A DNA stretch of 64,000 bases from positions 7,254,001-7,318,000 of the forward strand of contig OX597824.1 in assembly GCA_951406725.2 (NCBI GenBank), read 5' to 3'. The stretch comes from Octopus vulgaris. Its lineage: Eukaryota. This document shows positions 50,906 through 63,500 of the stretch, one piece after another. Made by a program: the position numbers and the translations under genes. Each line of letters begins with the position of its first letter. The first letter of the stretch is position 1. The notes beneath the pieces are model-generated. The model was not told the origin of the DNA, searched no databases, and saw only the letters and a program-made list of their open reading frames with translations.

Positions 50906-51832
50906 ATTACTATTGCTCTTTAAAATGAACAAACCAATTAAACAGAATAAAACTGATCACTGAGCTTCTCTAATGAAGTCAATAGAAAGATAATTGTATT
51001 TTCATCTTTGTGGTAAACTGCTTATAACATATAACAAAGGTAACGTCTTAGATTTGGAAACCATTGTTGATTAAAACGAAGATTTATAATTAAGTACAAA
51101 ATGCTGGGGTTTTTATTGAGAAATGTTTTCTTAAACATTCTATGAAAATTCCTAAAGTTGACAAACAGCAATATTTGGAAACACAGTATTTTCTGAAGAA
51201 ATTTAATTTCATTGCCAGTCTATAGACTTAGAATTCAGATTTTCCCATTAATGAATAGATTAATATTTATTTTCGTTAAAGAGAGAGAAAGAGAAGGAGA
51301 CACACAGAGAGAAAGAGAGGAACAGAAAGAAAGAGAGACAAACAGGAAGAAAGAAACAGAGGGGCAGAGAGAGAGAGAGAGTCAAAGACAAAAAGAGAAA
51401 GTGTTTGTGAAATAGGGAAGCGAAGAGAAAACAGAATAAAGATATTCGTTTAATTTTTTGTTTTTTTGTTTTTCGTTGTTGTTTTTTTTTTGGTCTTTGG
51501 TTCCATAATGAAGTGAAGCCCCATTATCAATGCATTCAGAATTACTTAATAAAAGTAAATAATCTGAGAAAATTAATTTAATCCTTTCTCGCTCGTAAGA
51601 GTAATTCTAAACAAGGAAAAACATGATTTCACTATTAAAATCCACTCGAAAAAAAAAAATCCCCTCATTTTGGGGTTTATTTTAATGTCTGCCATAATGT
51701 GATACATAATGGATGTTATTTTCCAAGAATTCCTCAAGTTGAGAGATTTGAAAATCCACTGCATGGACAAATTCTGAATCAAACCTGACCATAATGTCTT
51801 TTATTAAGACAGAATCCTTCCTAGATATTTTG

Positions 51833-52153
51833 CAAGAGCACCATCCAAGCGTGATCATTGCCAGAGGGCACCATTCATGCGTGATCGTTACCAACGTAAC
51901 CTTACTGGCCCCTGTGCCAGTGGCATGTGTAAAAAGATTCGAGCGAGGTCATTGCCAGTACCGCGTGACTGGCCCTCGTGCCGGTGGCACGTAAAAAGCA
52001 CCCACTACACCCTCGAAGTGGTTGGCGTTAGGAAGGGCATACGACTGTAGAAACTCTGCCAGATCAAGATTGGAGCCTGGTGCAGCCATCTGGTTCACCA
52101 ACCCTCAGTCAAAATCGTCCAACCCATGCTAGCATGGAAAGCAGATGTTAAAC

Positions 52154-52201
<48 letters not shown>
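51833..52201 (+). mobile_element. SINE-like family B
   Basis: Modules, conserved 3' end, long (GAT)n tail. Confidence 0.9.
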
Positions 52202-52202
<1 letters not shown>

Positions 52203-52449
52203 GCCCAGCCTTGCACAAAATCATTGTAACTCTCTGGTTCTCTGATATAAACTTCTTGTTATAAAGAGATTTAAATTAGATAAAACCTTTCTGTCACAAT
52301 TTCATGTTAATTTATGTTGTAAACACCAGATTAATAATAACATAGTTTTTTTTTACTAAACTCTTTATTAATTTCAGAATTAAGTGAAACAAAAGCAATG
52401 TATTTCATTAGAAACCTGATAACAAAAGGGTTAACGAACCAACAATTAA

Positions 52450-53255
52450 CCCTTTTGTTACAATATTTCTAATGAAATACGTTGCCTTTGTTCCAAATAA
52501 CTTTGGAAATAATGAATAATTCCATAAAATAACTCTTTGTCATTTATTATTAAGCTCGTGTTTGGAAAATAAAATTATCATGAAATTGTAATGGGAAGCT
52601 GTAATCTAGATCCCTTTAAAACAAATTGAAATCAAAATCAAAATCAAATTGAATGACTGGCATCCATGCTAGCGGGCTGCAAAGAGCACCATATGAGTGT
52701 GATCATTGACAGAGCAACTAACCGGCTTCCGTGCCAGTGACACATAGAAGGGCACCATTCGAGTGTGATCGTTACCAGCGTATTATCTTTATCATCAAAA
52801 TATCTTATTGGCACTTGTGCCCATGCTAGTAGGGTGCCAAGAGCAACATCCGAGCATGATCGTTGCCAGAGCAGCCAACTGGCTTCCATACCCATGGCAA
52901 GTAAAAGGGCACCATACAAGCATGATCGTTACCAAAGTCACCTTACTGGCACCTGTGCTGGTGGCATGTGTAAAAGGATTCGAGCGAGGTTGTTGCCAGT
53001 ACCGCCTGACTGGCCCTCGTGCCGGTGTCATGTAAAAAGCACCCACTACACTCTCGGAGTGGTTGGCGTTAGGAAGGGCATCCAGCTGTAGGAACCCTGC
53101 CAGATCAAGATTGGAGCCTGGTGCAGCCATCTGGTTCGTCAGCCTTCAGTCAAATCATCCAACCTATGCCAGCATGGAAAGCGGACGTTAAACGATGAAG
53201 TTGATGATGTATTATAAAACCAGCCACCATTTCAGGCAGGTTGGTACTGAAAGGG
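52450..53255. mobile_element. Older piggyBac-like MITE interrupted by a long family B copy (52622-53209)
   Basis: TTAA|CCCTTTTGTTAC at 52450; GTACTGAAAGGG|TTAA at 53255; a related MITE ends at 52430 in the opposite orientation. Confidence 0.75.
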
Positions 53256-54908
53256 TTAAATCAAGCCAGTGAGGGATCTTTTATGTAGCTACTTGCCCTG
53301 CAAGAAATAGCAGCCAAATCTCTCTCAAATCACAGGCTATATCATCTTCAAAGAAGGATATAGTGAATAATGTAGTCTTAGATACATTCTGTCTGAATAA
53401 AAGTTACTATGGTCATACAGGAATTCCTCTAATCATGGTTCTATTTCAGATAGATTTTAAATTTCATGTTGACCAAAAAACTTTACTTTCAATCAAACCA
53501 CCCATAACAACATTTTTTTTTTTCTTTTTTGACCCTTACATTATATAAGTCTTTGTTTCAATGAGCAACATAATTTTAGTATATTTATCTACTAATTCAG
53601 TATAATTACTTAGTAACAGTGCTGTTTTATATTCTGAGATCAAATTACCCATGATTCCTTTTCCTTTTATCCTGCCAGTGTTGATGAAACAAAGTACCAG
53701 CTAAGTACTGAGATAATCAAAGTTATTGGCTAATCCCCTCCTTCTAAATTTCAGGCCCTGTGCCTATATCAGAAACAGTTATCATTGATTGGATGTGGTA
53801 ATAAGGAGAAGAATGCCAGGCTAAACACCAAAGCAAATTTAGTTTCATTTCCCTATGTCTAGAGTTCAAATCTCATCAAATTTGGCTTGACGTTCCATCC
53901 TTCAAGAGTCAGTAAAATAAACACCAAGCATATACTGGGATCAATTCAATGACGAATAACCCGTCCTTGCCCACCACTTGCAAATGTACAGTCTTGTGTC
54001 AAACAGGGAAGAATCATTATTATGTAGTACATGCCATGCCCAAGGGATGCGGCAGTTAAGTCTCACTTGCATATACCAGCAAAATTACCTTTCTAAAATA
54101 CAGTGCCCGTTCCTTTAGAAAACAGTATCCCAGGTCACAAACCTGGAAATAAACAAGATTTTTCCCAAGAGAAAGAGACAGATGGAAAAGACTACAACCA
54201 ATCTAAGCTTGCAAGAAATCAGCACATGTCTTCTAAGTTTATGCCAAACAGCCACCAACTCAGCAACAAAGTAGAACCACAATGCCCCTTCAACCATAGC
54301 CATAAGTTTACCCATGATAATTACGAATTCTATATTACCGGAACCCACTTCATGCACCAGTCAATCCACTTTCAGCTTTCTCACACACCATGAAGATCTC
54401 ATATTAAATAATTTACTTAACTCTTAAACACATTTATATCCTTGCATTTCCAATTTAATTCCTCTTCTATCACTAATATACAATCCAAATTAAAATTTGA
54501 CCCCAATAACTTCATTCATTTATACCCCATTCTCCTGATCTAAGAGAATCTTAGACAGTATCTTCCCTTCAGAATAAAAGGATAAATAACACTGGAGAAA
54601 CAATGACAGGCATGGAAGAAAACATTTTCCAGTACTGTATCAGTAAAATACATTTAAAAACCAAATCTATTTTTTTTTAAATTACATGAAATTACTTGGA
54701 ATCTCAGCCAAAAGGTTTCTCCACCTTTGAGTTAAGATCAACAGGTAAAAGAAATTACATTTCATTACAAAAATAAAAATTACGTAAATCATTTTGATGG
54801 AATATATACTCACTATATAACTGTTGTACAAAAGCTTTTCTTCCTTAACTAAATTGCAGCAAAAACATTAATAAAATATAATAAAAGTTAAATATGAATG
54901 TTATTTAC

Positions 54909-55039
54909 CATGACAGGACCAACGTGAGCGCCGACAGGTAGAGATGCAGTAGGTAGCGCGGTACCCACGACAACCACTTGGCTTCTTTCAACAGCTTCCA
55001 TTCCCACTGACTGAGCATCCTGGTTTGCATTCTTGTTAA
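54909..55039 (-). CDS. Internal coding exon (131 nt, phase 1 in, phase 0 out) of an unidentified large-intron gene: xNKNANQDAQSVGMEAVERSQVVVVGTALPTASLPVGAHVGPVM
   Basis: Acceptor TTTTTTTGATTTTCCAG, donor ATG|GTAAAT; GC/CpG-richer unique block; open frame with G-rich first codon positions. Confidence 0.8.
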
Positions 55040-55260
55040 CTGGAAAATCAAAAAAATGGAAACAATAAATAAAATCGGAATCACATGGTCAGCGGTTCAG
55101 TCCCACTGTAGGAACATAGTCTCAATTGGCATTCAGAACTATCATTCCAAGTGACCCATGCCTAGTCAGAGGAATTGATAGACACAAACTGAAGAAGCCC
55201 GTCATGTTTGTGTTTATATGTATATACATGACAGGCTGCTTCAGGTTCATCTCGTTATAA

Positions 55261-55461
55261 TACAGTTCTATATCTAAGAGATGAAGAATTATGTGCATTA
55301 TTTACATTTGACGTATATGGCGTAGTGGTTAAGAGTGTGGGCTACTAACCCCAAGATTCCTATTTCAATTCCAAGCAGTGACCTGAATAATACTAATGAT
55401 GATGATGATGATAATAATAATAATAATAATAATACTAATACTAATGATGATGATGATGATG

Positions 55462-55506
<45 letters not shown>

Positions 55507-55662
55507 TACAGAAAATTGCACTACTAGGCACTGCACACATCCTACGCAGAACACTTTCCATACAATAACCATCAGAGCATCACAACAAATCACAGCACAT
55601 ACCCAAGGCACACAAGGCTGCGCTCGGTAGTGAAGTGAAAGCACGCTATAAAAATAAAACTA

Positions 55663-55717
<55 letters not shown>

Positions 55718-55855
55718 TCAAAAATTACCGTAGGAATGAGAACTCATGTTTGAAATTTCCCCAAGACACCTGATGAAGGCTGGAGGGTATATCAGCCGAA
55801 ACGTGCTAACAACAAACAAGATGAGGACAAATATCCGTCAAATGTAAATAATGTT
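55261..55855 (+). mobile_element. tRNA-head/hammerhead element, copy 3, with an inverted 3' tip at its 5' end
   Basis: 55261-55313 is the reverse complement of the family 3' end; head at 55316-55387; hammerhead CTGATGA at 55770 and GAAAC at 55798. Confidence 0.85.
55503..55665 (+). mobile_element. R4/Dong-clade LINE extreme 3' end inserted in (TAA)n
   Basis: NIQKIALLGTAHILRRTLSIQ* C-terminal motif plus ~100-bp 3' UTR; (AAT)n on both sides. Confidence 0.88.
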
Positions 55856-56050
55856 CATCTTGTCATGTTGGACTGTTGAACACCCCACAGTTTTCTTCTC
55901 TCTCTGTTTTTTTCCCTTCTTAATCCTTTCTGCTGAAGAGCATAGGCTTGAAATGTAAAAGACTTTTCCATTCTTCCCAAGCGTTAAACTAATACACCCA
56001 CTTGTTCCTACACTTGTCTTCATCGTTTGTTTTCTGTAAATTTGAACTTT
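55856..56050 (+). mobile_element. Penelope-type pseudo-LTR fragment with a decayed minimal hammerhead
   Basis: CTTT-CTGCTGA-A-GAGC-ATAG-GCTT-GAAATGTA-AAAG at ~55926-55961. Confidence 0.5.
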
Positions 56051-56139
56051 TTCTATATATATTTATATATACATAAACACACACACATCTCTCTCTCTCT
56101 CTCTCTCAACATACGTGTGTGTGTGTGAGCCACAATATT

Positions 56140-56570
56140 CAGCCCTTGCTGCCATGTGGTGGGTTGTGTACCTCAATGGCCCAAAGAGCTATACTAGCAG
56201 CGAGCACTTTCCTGATAGGGCTTTCCATGCTGGACAGGTCAAAAGGCAGAGACCAGATTAATAAGGACCAAGCCAACACCACTCCCAAGAAAAAACCCAA
56301 AGTTTACAGAAGCACTGAAGACAATTCAAAACAAACAAAATTTGGGAGAGGAAGGCCTTCCATCAAGGAAACACATCAAGCCCTAACCTGGAACTCACAA
56401 GGGAGACAGATGAGAGGAACCCCTAAAATATCTGCAAGTTGGATACTGAGGTAGGGCTGACAAAGCTGGGCTCCAACTGGAAAGGAGCAGAAAAGGCAGC
56501 CCAGAGTAGAGACCAATAGAGAAAAAAGTAATCAAGGACCTATGTTCCAGAGAGAGTGAAGGGTTTTATG
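56140..56570 (+). mobile_element. Internally deleted (bipartite) RTE element: 5' UTR joined to 3' end
   Basis: 5' part resembles RTE/Expander/BovB-type 5' UTRs (CTCAATG..AGAGCTAT..TAGGGC..CCATGCTGGACAGGTCAAAAGGCAGAGACCAGA); 3' part THQALTWNSQGRQMRGTPK...W..AEKAAQSR...DLCS. Confidence 0.7.
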
Positions 56571-56714
56571 TATGTGTGTGTGTGCACGTGTGTGTGTGTG
56601 TGTGTGCGCACATGTACGTGTGTGTGTGTGAGTGTGTGTGTGTGAGTGTGAGTGTGTGTGTGTGAGTGTGTGTGTGTGTTTGTGAGGGTGGGTGTTTGTG
56701 TGTGTGTGTGTGTG

Positions 56715-56925
56715 TGTGTCCATCCACCACTTGACAACAGGTGTTGGTGTGTTTACATCCCTGTAACTTAGCAGTTCAGCAAAAGAGACCTATAGAATAA
56801 ATACCAAGCTTCAAACGAAAAAAAAAAGTTCAGGATCAATTCATTCCACTAAAACTTCTTCACGGTGGTGCCCCAGCATGGCCGCAGTCTAATTACTGAA
56901 ACAAGTAAAAGGGAAAAAGCTAAAA
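56715..56925 (+). mobile_element. SINE family A, tail half
   Basis: CTTGACAAC...GCAAAAGAGACC...CCAGCATGGCCGCAGTC...GAAACAAGTAAAAG. Confidence 0.8.
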
Positions 56926-57487
56926 GATACAAGTATTTCCGGGTGCTAGTATGCTAGACTCTTCAATTCATTGCCAGAATCTCTGGCTGTAATTATACAA
57001 TCTAATTATGATGAATTCCCAGCATCCACCCTCAAAAAATAATGAAAACTGACAGCAGAGAAAAATTCCATTTTCATCACAGTGGCTAATGACCCCTAGA
57101 ATTCTCTGAATTCTTAAGAATCCTGCTGGAAAACATAGCTTCCAACTGCTTTGTGATTAATCCTGAAGGCCTCCTCCTGAGAAAGAGGAAAATATTTAAG
57201 TAAATTTAATTAAGTAGATTTATACAATCTAATTATTGGGAGATTATAAACCATAAATCATTTGGTCATAATGTCAGCTGCTTCTGTCAGAGTCCCAAGT
57301 TGAGTGATGTCTTCAAAGTGAAGTTTAGTAAATGGAAACGGTACTCTCTTCTCCATTAGTTTGTTTTCCCACAACAACAAAGCCATTCAGCTGGTTGAGC
57401 ATGATCAGATATCATTAACCCACACGTTCCTTTTGAGTGGTCCTCATAATATTCCCTAATATTATTATTATTTTTATTATTATTATA

Positions 57488-57542
<55 letters not shown>

Positions 57543-57546
<4 letters not shown>

Positions 57547-60500
57547 ATGACTTGTGAAATTTAGCCTCACGCCTTGTGTCTTTTTTATATGTACATATAA
57601 TTCTATAGTTCATCTTAATTATATATCGTTGTCTCATGTCTTGTGTTAAATATATATTTAATCTTAAAGCTTGCCCCTAATTTTATTTTATTTTATCGAT
57701 CAGTCTCACGCCTCGTAGATATAGAATAAACGTATTTATAATTTATAGCTCCTTATCGTCCACGCTTCTCCCATAGATTAGGCAAAATTTAGGTATTTAT
57801 TTATAGCTACTAATAACTATTTTTCTCTCCCAAGGAAGGAAGAATGGCTGCCGGCCGATTCTTGGTGGGCCACGACCCCCCCGTTCCTCTTCAATTGTCT
57901 TATATCTCTTTCGATCGCCATTCGGCCCCTTTCTCCGCCACCCTATATGCATATAAACCAGCGACTGATTTCAACGGCCTCACTTGAATTCAGACTGGTA
58001 TCCGACTCCCTACGAAAATACGAAATACGAAATATGAATCCAAGCTAAGCAATCTATATTTAATTTCAACCCGTGTACCTACTTAACTATCTGCAACTGA
58101 TCTGATCTTTTAGTTAGCCCTGTTTTATCTCTATTAGTATTATTGTTATGACTTGTGAAATTTAGCCTCACGCCTTGTGTCTTTTTTATATGTACATATA
58201 ATTCTATAGTTCATCTTAATTATATATCGTTGTCTCATGTCTTGTGTTAAATATATATTTAATCTTAAAGCTTGCCCCTAATTTTATTTTATTTTATCGA
58301 TCAGTCTCACGCCTCGTAGATATAGAATAAACGTATTTATAATTTATAGCTCCTTATCGTCCACGCTTCTCCCATAGATTAGGCAAAATTTAGGTATTAT
58401 TTATAGCTACTAATAACTATTTTTCTCTCCCAAGGAAGGAAGAATGGCTGCCGGCCGATTCTTGGTGGGTCACGACCCCCCCGTTCCTCTTCAATTGTCT
58501 TATATCTCTTTCGATCGCCATTCGGCCCCTTTCTCCGCCACCCTATATGCATATAAACCAGCGACTGATTTCAACGGCCTCACTTGAATTCAGACTGGTA
58601 TCCGACTCCCTACGAAAATACGAAATACGAAATATGAATCCAAGCTAAGCAATCTATATTTAATTTCAACCCGTGTACCTACTTAACTATCTGCAACTGA
58701 TCTGATCTTTTAGTTAGCCCTGTTTTTATCTCTATTAGTATTATTGTTATGACTTGTGAAATTTAGCCTCACGCCTTGTGTCTTTTTTATATGTACATAT
58801 AATTCTATAGTTCATCTTAATTATATATCGTTGTCTCATGTCTTGTGTTAAATATATATTTAATCTTAAAGCTTGCCCTAATTTTATTTTATTTTATCGA
58901 TCAGTCTCACGCCTCGTAGATATAGAATAAACGTATTTATAATTTATAGCTCCTTATCGTCCACGCTTCTCCCATAGATTAGGCAAAATTTAGGTATTTA
59001 TTTATAGCTACTAATAACTATTTTTCTCTCCCAAGGAAGGAAGAATGGCTGCCGGCCGATTCTTGGTGGGCCACGACCCCCCGTTCCTCTTCAATTGTCT
59101 TATATCTCTTTCGATCGCCATTCGGCCCCTTTCTCCGCCACCCTATATGCATATAAACCAGCGACTGATTTCAACGGCCTCACTTGAATTCAGACTGGTA
59201 TCCGACTCCCTACGAAAATACGAAATACGAAATATGAATCCAAGCTAAGCAATCTATATTTAATTTCAACCCGTGTACCTACTTAACTATCTGCAACTGA
59301 TCTGATCTTTTAGTTAGCCCTGTTTTATCTCTATTAGTATTATTGTTATGACTTGTGAAATTTAGCCTCACGCCTTGTGTCTTTTTTTATATGTACATAT
59401 AATTCTATAGTTCATCTTAATTATATATCGTTGTCTCATGTCTTGTGTTAAATATATATTTAATCTTAAAGCTTGCCCCTAATTTTATTTTATTTTATCG
59501 ATCAGTCTCACGCCTCGTAGATATAGAATAAACGTATTTATAATTTATAGCTCCTTATCGTCCACGCTTCTCCCATAGATTAGGCAAAATTTAGGTATTT
59601 ATTTATAGCTACTAATAACTATTTTTCTCTCCCAAGGAAGGAAGAATGGCTGCCGGCCGATTCTTGGTGGGCCACGACCCCCCCGTTCCTCTTCAATTGT
59701 CTTATATCTCTTTCGATCGCCATTCGGCCTCTTTCTCCGCCACCCTATATGCATATAAACCAGCGACTGATTTCAACGGCCTCACTTGAATTCAGACTGG
59801 TATCCGACTCCCTACGAAAATACGAAATACGAAATATGAATCCAAGCTAAGCAATCTATATTTAATTTCAACCCGTGTACCTACTTAACTATCTGCAACT
59901 GATCTGATCCTTTAGTTAGCCCTGTTTTATCTCTATTAGTATTATTGTTATGACTTGTGAAATTTAGCCTCACGCCTTGTGTCTTTTTTTATATGTACAT
60001 ATAATTCTATAGTTCATCTTAATTATATATCGTTGTCTCATGTCTTGTGTTAAATATATATTTAATCTTAAAGCTTGCCCCTAATTTTATTTTATTTTAT
60101 CGATCAGTCTCACGCCTCGTAGATATAGAATAAACGTATTTATAATTTATAGCTCCTTATCGTCCACGCTTCTCCCATAGATTAGGCAAAACTTAGGTAT
60201 TTATTTATAGCTACTAATAACTATTTTTCTCTCCCAAGGAAGGAAGAATGGCTGCCGGCCGATTCTTGGTGGGCCACGACCCCCCCGTTCCTCTTCAATT
60301 GTCTTATATCTCTTTCGATCGCCATTCGGCCCCTTTCTCCGCCACCCTATATGCATATAAACCAGCGACTGATTTCAACGGCCTCACTTGAATTCAGACT
60401 GGTATCCGACTCCCTACGAAAATACGAAATACGAAATATGAATCCAAGCTAAGCAATCTATATTTAATTTCAACCCGTGTACCTACTTAACTATCTGCAA

Positions 60501-63500
60501 CTGATCTGATCTTTTAGTTAGCCCTGTTTTTATCTCTATTAGTATTATTGTTATGACTTGTGAAATTTAGCCTCACGCCTTGTGTCTTTTTTATATGTAC
60601 ATATAATTCTATAGTTCATCTTAATTATATATCGTTGTCTCATGTCTTGTGTTAAATATATATTTAATCTTAAAGCTTGCCCCTAATTTTATTTTATTTT
60701 ATCGATCAGTCTCACGCCTCGTAGATATAGAATAAACGTATTTATAATTTATAGCTCCTTATCGTCCACGCTTCTCCCATAGATTAGGCAAAATTTAGGT
60801 ATTTATTTATAGCTACTAATAACTATTTTCTCTCCCAAGGAAGGAAGAATGGCTGCCGGCCGATTCTTGGTGGGCCACGACCCCCCGTTCCTCTTCAATT
60901 GTCTTATATCTCTTTCGATCGCCATTCGGCCCCTTTCTCCGCCACCCTATATGCATATAAACCAGCGACTGATTTCAACGGCCTCACTTGAATTCAGACT
61001 GGTATCCGACTCCCTACGAAAATACGAAATACGAAATATGAATCCAAGCTAAGCAATCTATATTTAATTTCAACCCGTGTACCTACTTAACTATCTGCAA
61101 CTGATCTGATCTTTTAGTTAGCCCTGTTTTATCTCTATTAGTATTATTGTTATGACTTGTGAAATTTAGCCTCACGCCTTGTGTCTTTTTTTATATGTAC
61201 ATATAATTCTATAGTTCATCTTAATTATATATCGTTGTCTCATGTCTTGTGTTAAATATATATTTAATCTTAAAGCTTGCCCCTAATTTTATTTTATTTT
61301 ATCGATCAGTCTCACGCCTCGTAGATATAGAATAAACGTATTTATAATTTATAGCTCCTTATCGTCCACGCTTCTCCCATAGATTAGGCAAAATTTAGGT
61401 ATTTATTTATAGCTACTAATAACTATTTTTCTCTCCCAAGGAAGGAAGAATGGCTGCCGGCCGATTCTTGGTGGGCCACGACCCCCCCGTTCCTCTTCAA
61501 TTGTCTTATATCTCTTTCGATCGCCATTCGGCCCCTTTCTCCGCCACCCTATATGCATATAAACCAGCGACTGATTTCAACGGCCTCACTTGAATTCAGA
61601 CTGGTATCCGACTCCCTACGAAAATACGAAATACGAAATATGAATCCAAGCTAAGCAATCTATATTTAATTTCAACCCGTGTACCTACTTAACTATCTGC
61701 AACTGATCTGATCTTTTAGTTAGCCCTGTTTTATCTCTATTAGTATTATTGTTATGACTTGTGAAATTTAGCCTCACGCCTTGTGTCTTTTTTTATATGT
61801 ACATATAATTCTATAGTTCATCTTAATTATATATCGTTGTCTCATGTCTTGTGTTAAATATATATTTAATCTTAAAGCTTGCCCTAATTTTATTTTATTT
61901 TATCGATCAGTCTCACGCCTCGTAGATATAGAATAAACGTATTTATAATTTATAGCTCCTTATCGTCCACGCTTCTCCCATAGATTAGGCAAAATTTAGG
62001 TATTTATTTATAGCTACTAATAACTATTTTTCTCTCCCAAGGAAGGAAGAATGGCTGCCGGCCGATTCTTGGTGGGCCACGACCCCCCCGTTCCTCTTCA
62101 ATTGTCTTATATCTCTTTCGATCGCCATTCGGCCCCTTTCTCCGCCACCCTATATGCATATAAACCAGCGACTGATTTCAACGGCCTCACTTGAATTCAG
62201 ACTGGTATCCGACTCCCTACGAAAATACGAAATACGAAATATGAATCCAAGCTAAGCAATCTATATTTAATTTCAACCCGTGTACCTACTTAACTATCTG
62301 CAACTGATCTGATCTTTTAGTTAGCCCTGTTTTATCTCTATTAGTATTATTGTTATGACTTGTGAAATTTAGCCTCACGCCTTGTGTCTTTTTTTATATG
62401 TACATATAATTCTATAGTTCATCTTAATTATATATCGTTGTCTCATGTCTTGTGTTAAATATATATTTAATCTTAAAGCTTGCCCCTAATTTTATTTTAT
62501 TTTATCGATCAGTCTCACGCCTCGTAGATATAGAATAAACGTATTTATAATTTATAGCTCCTTATCGTCCACGCTTCTCCCATAGATTAGGCAAAATTTA
62601 GGTATTTATTTATAGCTACTAATAACTATTTTTCTCTCCCAAGGAAGGAAGAATGGCTGCCGGCCGATTCTTGGTGGGCCACGACCCCCCCGTTCCTCTT
62701 CAATTGTCTTATATCTCTTTCGATCGCCATTCGGCCCCTTTCTCCGCCACCCTATATGCATATAAACCAGCGACTGATTTCAACGGCCTCACTTGAATTC
62801 AGACTGGTATCCGACTCCCTACGAAAATACGAAATACGAAATATGAATCCAAGCTAAGCAATCTATATTTAATTTCAACCCGTGTACCTACTTAACTATC
62901 TGCAACTGATCTGATCTTTTAGTTAGCCCTGTTTTATCTCTATTAGTATTATTGTTATGACTTGTGAAATTTAGCCTCACGCCTTGTGTCTTTTTTATAT
63001 GTACATATAATTCTATAGTTCATCTTAATTATATATCGTTGTCTCATGTCTTGTGTTAAATATATATTTAATCTTAAAGCTTGCCCCTAATTTTATTTTA
63101 TTTTATCGATCAGTCTCACGCCTCGTAGATATAGAATAAACGTATTTATAATTTATAGCTCCTTATCGTCCACGCTTCTCCCATAGATTAGGCAAAATTT
63201 AGGTATTTATTTATAGCTACTAATAACTATTTTTCTCTCCCAAGGAAGGAAGAATGGCTGCCGGCCGATTCTTGGTGGGTCACGACCCCCCCGTTCCTCT
63301 TCAATTGTCTTATATCTCTTTCGATCGCCATTCGGCCCCTTTCTCCGCCACCCTATATGCATATAAACCAGCGACTGATTTCAACGGCCTCACTTGAATT
63401 CAGACTGGTATCCGACTCCCTACGAAAATACGAAATACGAAATATGAATCCAAGCTAAGCAATCTATATTTAATTTCAACCCGTGTACCTACTTAACTAT

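Noticed and set aside
59045-59248. 67-aa ORF MAAGRFLVGH... (also at 60849-61052)
   Set aside because: Open only in the two units with C6 instead of C7; frameshifted in the rest; overlaps the putative promoter; no recognisable domain
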